Below, piece after piece: positions 54,001-64,000 of a stretch of DNA of 64,000 nucleotides. The notes beneath the pieces were generated by a model that worked only from the letters and a program-made list of their open reading frames with translations, had not been told where the DNA came from and ran no database searches. The translations under genes were made by a program, and so were the position numbers. Origin of the DNA: Chrysomallon squamiferum (Eukaryota > Animalia > Mollusca); the NCBI GenBank assembly GCA_012295275.1, contig CM022677.1:22382001-22446000 (forward strand), given 5' to 3'. Position 1 is the stretch's first letter. Every line of letters begins with the position of its first letter.

Positions 54001-56666
54001 TTGTGTTAAAGGAGAATGGAGAAAACTGTACAGACAAAAAGTGATTGTAAAAACAGTTCTGCTGAATGTCACAAGGGAGTTTGTTTTGTGTTAAAGGAGA
54101 ATGGAGAAAACTGTACAGAGAAAACTGATTGTAAAAACAGTTCTGCTGAATGTCACAAGGGAGTTTGTTTTCTGTTAAAGGAGAATGGAGAAAACTGTAC
54201 AGAGAAAAGTGATTGTAAACACAGTTCTGCTCAATGTCACAATGGAGTTTGTTTTGTGTTAAAGGAGAATGGAGAAAACTGTACAGAGAAAAGTGATTGT
54301 AAAAACAGTTCTGCTGAATGTCACAAGGGAGTTTGTTTTGTGTTAAAGGAGAATGGAGAAAACTGTACAGACAAAAGTGATTGTAAAAACAGTTCTGCTG
54401 AATGTCACAAGGGAGTTTGTTTTGTGTTAAAGGAGAATGGAGAAAACTGTACAGAGAAAAGTGATTGTAAAAACAGTTCTGCTGAATGTCACAAGGGAGT
54501 TTGTTTTGTGTTAAAGGAGAATGGAGAAAACTGTACAGACAAAAGTGATTGTAAAAACAGTTCTGCTGAATGTCACAAGGGAGTTTGTTTTGTGTTAAAG
54601 GAGAATGGAGAAAACTGTACAGACAAAAGTGATTGTAAAAACAGTTCTGCTGAATGTCACAAGGGAGTTTGTTTTGTGTTAAAGGAGAATGGACAAAACT
54701 GTACAGAAAAAAGTGATTGTAAAAACAGTTCTGCTGAATGTCACAAGGCAGTTTGTTTTGTGTTAAAGGAGAATGGAGAAAACTGTACAGACAAAACTGA
54801 TTGTAAAAACAGTTCTGCTGAATGTCACAAGGGAGTTTGTTTTGTGTTAAAGGAGAATGGAGAAAACTGTACAGAGAAAAGTGATTGTAAAAACAGTTCT
54901 GCTGAATGTCACAAGGGAGTTTGTTTTGTGTTAAAGGAGAATGGAGAAAACTGTACAGAGAAAAAGTGATTGTAAAAACAGTTCTGCTGAATGTCACAAT
55001 GGAGTTTGTTTTGTGTTAAAGGAGAATGGAGAAAACTGTACAGACGAAAAGTGATTGTAAAAACAGTTCTGCTGAATGTCACAACGGAGTTTGTTTTGTG
55101 TTAAAGGAGAATGGAGAAAACTGTACAGACAAAAGTGATTGTAAAACAGTTCTGCTGAATGTCACAAGGGAGTTTGTTTTGTGTTAAAGGAGAATGGAGA
55201 AAACTGTACAGACAAAAGTGATTGTAAAAACAGTTCTGCTGAATGTCACAATGGAGTTTGTTTTGTGTTAAAGGAGAATGGAGAAAACTGTACAGAGAAA
55301 AGTGATTGTAAAAACAGTTCTGCTCAATGTCACATGGGAGTTTGTTTTGTAAAGAAAGAAATTGGAGAGAGCTGTTTAGAAAGAGGAGACTGCAGAAACT
55401 CTGAAGCTGAATGTTATAAAGGAGTTTGTTTTGTAAAGAAAGACATTGGAGAGAGCTGTTTAGAGAGAGGAGAATGCAGAAACTCTGAAGCTGAATGTTA
55501 TAGAGGAGTTTGTTTTGTAAAGAAAGAAACTGGAGAGAGCTGTTTAGAAAGAGGAGACTGCAGAAACTCTGAAGCTGAATGTTATAAAGGAGTTTGTTTT
55601 GTAAAGAAAGAAATTGGAGAGAGCTGTTTGGAAAGAGGAGACTGCAGAATCTCTGAAGCTGAATGTTATAAAGGAGTTTGTTTTGTAAAGAAAGAAATTG
55701 GAGAGAGCTGTTTAGAGATAGGAGAATGCAGAAACTCTGAAGCTGAATGCTATAAAGGAGTTTGTTTTGTAAAGAAAGAAATTGGAGAGAGCTGTTTAGA
55801 GAGAGGAGAATGCAGAAACTCTGAAGCTGAATGTTATAAAGGAGTTTGTTTTGTAAAGAAAGAAATTGGAGAGAGCTGTTTAGAAAGAGGAGAATGCAGA
55901 AACTCTGAAGCTGAATGCTATAAAGGAGTTTGTTTTTTGAAAAAGAAGCTCGGCGATGTTTGTTTCGAAGATGGCGATTGCGAAGACGTGATGGCAGTCT
56001 GTCACAAAGGCGTGTGTTTTGTGAAGAAACGTCTGGGTGAATCTTGCGACGACAAATCGGACTGTGCTGACGTGTTCGCCGACTGCCTGGATAACAAATG
56101 CTTCATCAAAAAATCTGCTGGCCAGTTTTGTTCTTCCACAAATGAGTGCAGAGACAGAAACGCAGAGTGCGTTCGAAACAAATGTTTTGTTCTTCGAGAA
56201 ATCGGAGAGTCGTGCAGAGCGAGCGCTGATTGCAAACATCCGTCAGCCAGCTGCAAGAAACACAGGTGCACGCTGGACAGGAAAGTCGGAGAATCTTGCT
56301 CGGAAAGCTTCGAGTGCGCAGACGACAGAGCAGAGTGCGTGGGCGGAGTGTGCAGGGTTCAGAGGAGGCTAGGAGAACACTGTCAGGAGACCACTGAGTG
56401 TCAACAACACTTAGAATGTAAGGAAGGATTCTGTCTGCGTGTCGTCAAGGAAGGAGAGAAATGTCTGCACTCTATTCAGTGTTCCGGGTTACTGGAGTGT
56501 GTCAATCAAACGTGCACCTCTCTCGTCGAGGTGGGGGGAGACTGTGTGGGGACTGTTGCTTGTAGAGATCCTCATGCTGTGTGCAAGGGAGGTAAATGCA
56601 GCTGCCCTGACAATTATAAGCAGATCACTTTGGATGGAGGGAAAGAGAAGAAATGCGCCCCGGAAG
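43962..56666 (+). CDS. Giant Cys-rich EB/EGF-like tandem-repeat protein (gene B), paralog of gene A; 3' end missing at the gap
   Basis: Exons: 43962-44013 (MLIYQIYLLLIILLTVK, signal); 44286-44432 (DNCTSDSDCPAHASCRPNGCKGVNCLCEENY); 45045-45374 (two Cys modules ending EFWADPDTVYECIEEDYSA); 45820-45852 (YFCNGKRLNYT); an about 10-kb exon 46680-56666 ending ...KKCAPE g|gtcagt. Exon phases parallel gene A. Single-base indels in homopolymers break the array frame. Confidence 0.8.
45935..46180. repeat. Degenerate about 25-bp intronic tandem repeat
   Basis: ggttacacataactcttatt-like units at 45956, 45981, 46006 and onward. Confidence 0.75.
46700..55350 (+). repeat. Coding 84-bp minisatellite (KENGENCT[D/E]KSDCKNSSAECHKGVCFVL), about 103 copies
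   Basis: About 8.65 kb divided by 84 bp. The dominant variant is CAC AAG GGA (H-K-G), with minor CAC AAT GGA. Confidence 0.97.
55351..55940 (+). repeat. Second 84-bp coding repeat type (KKEIGESCLERG[D/E]CRNSEAECYKGVCFV), 7 copies
   Basis: Seen in ORF 55181-56680. It is followed by about 7 diverged 4-Cys units and one 6-Cys module. Confidence 0.95.
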
Positions 56667-57028
56667 GTCAGTCTTTGTGACGTCATTTTAGGTAACGTCT
56701 GCATTACGTCATACGATGTAGTATGTTAAAACATTATTGGTTACGTATTTACTACAGTGATTATTACATCATCATTATGTTATATTTATCACATTCGTAA
56801 ATTTAACTAAATATATATTTAGTTATAAACATTTCGATTACTTCTTGTGAAAACTAGAACCTAAATTTTGTGTATATATAATTAATTTATTTCTATATTA
56901 TATTGCATTTCATTATATTATACTATATTAACTATATTATATTTATTATATTATACTACATTATATTATATTATATTATATTATACTATATTATATTATA
57001 TTATATTATATCATATATTCAGATAAAT

Positions 57029-57228
57029 NNNNNNNNNNNNNNNNNNNNNNNNNNNNNNNNNNNNNNNNNNNNNNNNNNNNNNNNNNNNNNNNNNNNNNNN
57101 NNNNNNNNNNNNNNNNNNNNNNNNNNNNNNNNNNNNNNNNNNNNNNNNNNNNNNNNNNNNNNNNNNNNNNNNNNNNNNNNNNNNNNNNNNNNNNNNNNNN
57201 NNNNNNNNNNNNNNNNNNNNNNNNNNNN
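57029..57228. other. Assembly gap (200 N)
   Basis: Run of N. Confidence 1.
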
Positions 57229-59188
57229 ACAGTCTATTTCAAAGAATGTGATACGACATTCTTTATATACTTGTATATACTTCAATGTAATCCAAAAGAA
57301 GAAAGAAACCCACTAAACTATTTGTATTATATTATACAGTATTAAAAAATAAAAGAATGTATTTCTATTTTATCACACAGACCTGTGATGTTGGCAGTGT
57401 TAAAATTAAATACTGTGACCTCACTCTTAGAAAAGTGAATAATGTAAATCATATGCATATACACATAAGTACACACATATACATAGATACACACATTCAT
57501 TCATACATACATACATACAGACTCGCTGACATTGGTAAAATAATACAACAATTAGGTATCTTTGTTACAATAAAGGTTAATAAATAATTTAATGCTACTG
57601 TAAATAAAACTGATATCAAGGTAAAAAAACAATTAAAAATTAAAAACATTTTACACTTGAACAGTTTTATTTATGAAAATAACTACACTCTTCGGTTCTG
57701 CTGCACTGAAATTGTGTTTGAACTAGGATAATAAAAACAACAAAGTAACAAGAAAAGACATCTGCTTAATGATCATTGATATTTTAAAAACTTTATTATT
57801 GTTATTTCATATTAACCACTGCTCTCTTCTAATATATATATTAACTGTTAAATAATATACGACATATTTTCGTAGTAATAGTAGTGGTAGTAGTATTGTC
57901 TGAAACATAATATACAGTTTTCTGTACACAAATATGAAGGATGTTCTTTGTCATTAATACGTACAAACAACAACAAATAATAACTGATATTTCAAAAACA
58001 TGATTCTCATTTCCTCTGTACTAGTGTGCAGTAGATTAAAATAAAATAAAAATACAATAAAAAAATAAATAAAATGAAATAAACAATAAAAAACAACAAT
58101 AATAAAATAAAATAAGGCGAAGAAGAAAAGTAAAGACTGTGTGTTTCCGTGAAAGATTATCTTGCCATTGATGGGAACAAACTAAAATGCTAATAAAATA
58201 TGTAACATTATAACGTATTAAACCCAATAACACACACACATACGCACATACACACACTTATATTACTGTTATTATAAACTATTTTAATGAAAATCATTAC
58301 AAGTCTTTTCTCTGTAAACAGTGTTACATTCGATACACACTGATACACGCATACACCCATAAATACACACACATACATAAGTTAGACGTACACACCAAAT
58401 CACACATACTCACACAGAGTCATATACACAAACATACACACGCACAAACGTACAAGCAGTCCTACACATGCACGTTCACACATTCACGCACTCACAATCA
58501 CATGCAACAACAGCTGACCCGGAACTGAAGAGACCTCGTCTGGTCATATATTTTTCTATTTTATGTTGCGCTATCACAAACACTGTACCAGTACTAATAC
58601 TATTACTGGTACTACTACTATTACTAATTCAGTTATTACTACTACCAATAATATATCTCTTAATGATTTTATTTTATTTTATTTTTTTATTATTATTATT
58701 ATTTTTTTGCTTTATTCATTTATTTATTTTTTGTTGTTCTTATTGTTCTTTCTTTATGTATTTTTTTTTAAATATATTTTTGTTGTTTGTTTGTCTGTTT
58801 GTATGTGTGTAATTTACAAGTATGATAAATTTTACAAAACTTTTTTTTTTCACTTTGCTTCCTCGTATTGGTTTTCACCTGAATTTATTTTATAAAACAC
58901 TTTCACTGTGTGTAATCACAAAGTGATTAACGAGGAACGAATGTTTCCCATCGATATTGTAGGTGTGACTGTAATTAAGCGAGAGGAAACAAAGGATGAA
59001 ATATCAGATAACTTGTAACACTTGCTGTATGAATCCGGTCTGATGCATTCAAAGTGTTAGTGAAACTAGGATTACACTAACACTGCAATTTGCTACCAAC
59101 GGTGTCACGCAAAACGAAATAAGATCTATACATTGTCATTAGTAATGCTGTTTGTGTTTAATCAAAGAATAACAGCAACAGCAAAACC

Positions 59189-59232
<44 letters not shown>

Positions 59233-59392
59233 TAATAATAATAATTGAAATAGTAGCTTTCCAGAGTAGACAAATAGAATGATCAGTTATACTTATCAAC
59301 ATAGAACACGGTAGTTTACACCAGTAACAATAGAGTGAAAACAATAGCAGAGAGTTTGTCACATTATCTCAGAGGAACACCCGCCAACCATC

Positions 59393-59722
59393 TGTTACAT
59401 TTCATTTTCACTGCATCAAACCTCATCATGAAAGCTGGTGTTACATTTCATTTTCACTGTATAAAACTTCATCATGAAAGCTGGTGTTACATTTCACTTT
59501 CACTGCATCAAACCTCATCATGAAAGCTGGTGTTACATTTCACTTTCACTGTATAAAACTTCATCATGAAAGCTGGTATTACATTTCACTTTCACTGTAT
59601 AAAACTTCATCATGAAAGCTGGTATTACATTTCACTTTCACTGTATAAAACTTCATCTGAAAAACTGCTGTTCCATTTCGTCTTCACTGCATCAATCTTC
59701 ATCTTGAAAACTGGTGTTCCAT
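59393..59722 (+). repeat. 46-bp minisatellite, about 7 copies, abutting the EPN lectin start codon; four units carry TATAAAA
   Basis: Unit tgttacatttcactttcactg(cat/tat)..aa.c.tcatcatgaaagctgg at 59393, 59439 and onward. TATAAAA near 59460, 59552, 59598 and 59644. ATG at 59729. Confidence 0.9.
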
Positions 59723-59728
59723 CTCAAC

Positions 59729-60102
59729 ATGGATAATTTAATCTTTGTTGTCTTTAGCCTTCTGATGCTCAGTTCACCTGTTGGTAAGTTTCTCTTTACG
59801 TATGTTTGTCTGTATGTGAGTGTGAGTCTTTCTGTGTTGTATATTTGTGAGTGACTATTCTCTGTCTCAGGTACGTATGATTAGACTCTGCACACAGACA
59901 ATATAAAGGAACGCAGTAACACCGGAGGACGAAGTCCAGTCACAAACTCTCAAACGTGAGATGTCGCTGACGAGACTAGAACTGTGAGTCTCATTCGTCC
60001 GCACTCCGCAGTGGACAACGATACCATTCGACACCGAGACAAACTTTGCATGTGTAAATATGTGTGTGTGTGTGTGTTTGTGTGTGTATGAGTGTATGAG
60101 TG

Positions 60103-60140
<38 letters not shown>

Positions 60141-60602
60141 TGTATGTGTGTGTGACTGTGTGTGTCTGTGTGAGTGTGTGCGTGTGACTGTGTGTGTGTG
60201 TGAGTGTGTGTCTGAGTGTGTATGAGTGTTTCAGTGTGTGTAGGGTGTGGGTGGAAAAGTGTGGTTTTTTATAATAGTATATAAATTCATTTTCTATGTC
60301 TGTCGATTTGTCAATATTTTGTTTCCTCTTTGATGCACTTAAGTGAGGTGCAGATATTAGAACTGTGCATATTTATTCTGCTGCTGCTACTACTACTACT
60401 ACTACTACTACTAATACAAATACTACAAATAATAACAATAATAATAATAATAATTTCAAAAACTGTCAGGAAAAAAATTCGGTTCTGTTTCAGGCACAAT
60501 TATTTGTTTTGTTAATGGCAAACTTGCGATCGCTGAGTGCTTTGCGTTAATCTTGAGTGACGTCACATCCATTTACTTAACACTTTGTTACTTTGATATT
60601 AA

Positions 60603-60656
<54 letters not shown>

Positions 60657-62421
60657 ATTGTCCATATGATCAAGATAAAATTCTCGAAACTTCTATTCGT
60701 TATAAATTGATACGTGGATGCCAAGCAGTACCGTTTTTTATTGTTGTTGTTTTTTTTGTTTTTTTTTAAATTTCTGCTCTTTGACATTTAACAGAGGGTT
60801 GGTACTGTCAGGCAGGATTTACGAGATTCAGATCTCACTGCTACTGGGTTTCACCGCGGTCGTTGACAGCCTCCTGGATTGAAGCTAGCGTGAGCATCTT
60901 TTTCTTCTTTCTTATTTTATTCATGTTTATCAGCATCAGCTTATTATTTAAAGGACAACAGGATCAAAACAATGCGATATAAATTAATAAAAAAAATGTA
61001 TGAACATTTTCACATTTAAAAAAAATAGTGCAAAGTTTCTGAAAAAAAAAAAAAATATATATATATATCTTAGAATATCTTCAATTACTAGAGTCTATGT
61101 AATGGATCAGGTGAAAAAAAAAAAATGAGATTTTTGTCGTAAAGGTTTTATGAAAAATTCTGTTTCGAAACCAGGATAAAATAGTATAGTTTACGTGATG
61201 GAAACATAGAACAATGCTTGTCCCGTTTCAGTAGGTCAACTGCACACCGTAATTTACTTGTGCTTTTGAACTTATGTTTTGGATGCACGTTATCTTGTAG
61301 ACATATCTTCCGCCACATTCAAACAAAATTAAACAAAAGATTAAACGACTTGGGATTAAAGTTTCATCTAATCCAAGTACTTTCTAAGACTGTTATAAAA
61401 TATAATTATTTATCATTTAGTATCTCCGTTTTCATAACATGGATTCTAAACTACACTTAAGAGTATTATTTTTATTTTTATTATTTACTTTTGTTTTACT
61501 TTTTTTTTCAAAACCACCTTTCTAGATAAATTATAACATCTCTACTTGTTTCGAAAACGTTTCTTCTGGGTTAGATAATGTTTTAAATAAATGTTTTAGT
61601 TTCGAATTATTAAACAGTTTAAAACTTATCCTTCCTAAAGTGCACAGTTATTCTAGTAGATATTTCGTTTGTCCTGTTATTACTCAATCGTAGGTTAGTT
61701 CAGTAGTTTTATATGAATTCACTGGAAATATAATTATTACGTCAGTGAATTCTAATACGGTGCAGATCATCTACTGTATGGTCTCGTTGAAAAGCTGAAG
61801 TTCAAACATTCTTTATTTTCCCTCTATATTTACAGACAAATTATACATTTTTAATTTGTGCACACACAGAGACATACACACAAACACACAGACACAGTCA
61901 CACACTCATAGATATGTATACATATTTATATTTTCACTTTTATATTTCAGCAATATTGTCATTTCATGAATTCTTATCTGGTTGCAATCAATTCACCACT
62001 TGAAAACAAATACATTGAAAACATAGTGAGAAGAGGGGGACGTGGTAAGTATAACAAACATTTGTATTGGTGTGAATATACGTGTGTATGTGTGTGGGTA
62101 TGTGTGTGTGTTTGTGTTTGTGTGTGTAAGTGTGTGTGTGTGTTCCTATATGATTATCTGATATTTTATTGATTTGTATTGACAGCAGATTACTGGATTG
62201 GAGCTAGCAGCATACAGAGTGGTACTTTCGAGTGGATGTCGAGAAAACCTCTTTCATACTCACACTGGAAACCAGGCGAGCCAAACAGTTATAATGGGGG
62301 AGAGCACTGTGTTGGTATATCAAAAAGAGCGAATTATCGGTGGAATGACGACAAGTGCAATAAGCTATTTGGATTTGTGTGTGAACAGAAAAATAAATAT
62401 CATCACTTAATAAATATTTGA
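59729..62421 (+). CDS. Secreted single-CRD C-type lectin, EPN/WND (mannose/glucose-type motif), perlucin-like
   Basis: Exons 59729-59783 (MDNLIFVVFSLLMLSSPV), 60795-60889 (CQAGFTRFRSHCYWVS...SWIEAS), 61951-62044 (QYCHFMNSYLVAINS...), 62186-62421 (YWIG...WKPGEPN...EHC...WNDDKC...FVCE). Internal exon sizes (95, 94 nt) and phases equal those of the QPD lectin. Confidence 0.93.
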
Positions 62422-63206
62422 TCAAAGTAAAACTTGTTTCTAAAACACACTCAAATAAACACACACAAACACGCACACACAGCTTTTAAATATATAGTGG
62501 TGCATATGAAAAAAAAAATAATGCATTTTATATATTTCTTTAAGTTTTTCTAAAATGTATTTCTTTATGAATTAGGTTGCAATAAAATTTCACATGTTTA
62601 TTTAAATATTTATTCTTGATTTTCTTTCATTATTTGTTAACATGTGAATCTGAAAATACTCAATGAATCTGTCAAGTTTGTAAGAAAAAGTTAATCAAGA
62701 AATTTTAAACCCTCTTACCTCTACCAATAGCAGATGTAACTGTGTTAAATTGGACTGAGATTATGAACTGCCTAAAAAGTGAATGACAAAGTTCCATTAG
62801 CCAGTTATTGTATGTTTATGTAAAACACGTGTTACTTTAGAACAGAAAACTGTGAACATTCTCGAACATCTTGAGGCAGATGAAGCACTGACTGCTGATC
62901 ACTGTAGACTGAAACCTTCCACCACTTTCCTCTTACAAAACTACTACAGTCACAGTTACAGTGACAGTGTAGTTGTAGGCCTGCTAGAGAATACGTAGTA
63001 GCAGTAGTTGCTCTTGATGTTGTAGTAGTAACATAAGTGGCTGTGGCTGTAGCAGATATAGTAGAGTTATGGCAACAATGATAGATATAGAGTAATTGTT
63101 AGAACTGGAAAAATTGCTTGACCATCTGTCAAACAACACAGCTTTCAGTCTCAGTAACGTGTATTAGTTACACACAAATACACACAGAGAAGATTTTTTT
63201 CTATAC

Positions 63207-63237
<31 letters not shown>

Positions 63238-63597
63238 GCTATTACTTCACCGGACATTTTTTGCTATCCCTTTCCAAATATAACAATTTTGCCACTGACG
63301 CGGTCTTTACTCAGTGAACCAGGGTAATTACCAGTTCAACTCTGCACTCCTTTCATTGTGTTTCGTCAGTTTTTCAGAGCATTTTGTTTTTGTGGGAAAC
63401 TTGGCAGTGTCAGGTATATGTATTTAGCTATGAATATTCCCTGTCTTCTCTGTGATTACAATCTGCACTCTGATTAAACAAAACAGTTAAGTGGGCGTAG
63501 TCGAGACAGGGAAGAAGAAATACTCAGAGTCATGTTAAGAGACACGCTGCCGGTTATTACATCCTCTGAAGAAACTAAAGCAATGACAGAACACACA

Positions 63598-63770
<173 letters not shown>

Positions 63771-63959
63771 CATGTGAAGAAGAGAAGAAGAAGAAAAAAT
63801 AACAACTATGTTAATTATAATACTGCATTAATGTCTGTCTGACACGCACACACACACAAACACTCAGACATTCCCTCTCATGTTTATATATTTTAATTGG
63901 CGGATTATGATTTAGACCAGGGTTTTAAATATGTATTATTATTATTTTTCATCACTATG

Positions 63960-64000
<41 letters not shown>

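Noticed and set aside
46766-54997. Antisense ORFs (YSFLHSPLTQNKLPCDIQQNCF repeats)
   Set aside because: They are shadows of the sense 84-bp coding repeat and have no independent start, splice or flank support.
46800-55180. Many frameshifts and a stop (about 51685) in the gene B array, and breaks in the gene A array, suggesting pseudogenes
   Set aside because: In gene B nearly all are +/-1 changes in A/T/G homopolymer runs inside an unpolishable tandem array, the typical long-read error pattern. The unique exons of gene B and the array ends are intact. Not called pseudogenes without accurate reads.
57229-59390. Search for the missing TM and tail exons of gene B after the gap
   Set aside because: No convincing spliceable TM exon was found; hydrophobic ORFs such as 58468-58812 are simple-repeat derived. 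The exons probably lie in the gap.

Overview
AT-rich, microsatellite-laden eukaryotic DNA with GT-AG introns. It is probably an invertebrate and most likely a gastropod mollusc (inferred from gene families and repeat style). One 200-N gap lies at 57029-57228. Manual splicing gives seven genes that look like a cell-surface/innate-immunity cluster. (1) A + strand single-Ig type I membrane receptor (1624-10671) whose stalk is built from ten symmetric phase-1 small exons (seven of 27 nt, two of 15 nt, one of 45 nt). (2) A secreted QPD C-type lectin (-, 13945-15662). (3, 4) Two tandem RING-coiled-coil-NHL genes without B-boxes (-, 17915-19876 and 24345-26307). (5, 6) A head-to-head pair of Cys-rich EB-like genes (-, 29569-38279, with a TM exon; +, 43962->56666, 3' end missing at the gap). 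Their unique exons are strongly diverged, but they share a near-identical 84-bp/28-aa 4-Cys coding minisatellite (about 27 and about 103 copies). (7) A secreted EPN C-type lectin (+, 59729-62421) with a TATA-bearing 46-bp minisatellite immediately upstream. The best candidates for something new are the micro-exon Ig receptor (possible combinatorial stalk splicing) and the inverted gene pair with a shared, homogenised coding VNTR. All gene models come from reading the sequence by eye; no transcript or database evidence was available.
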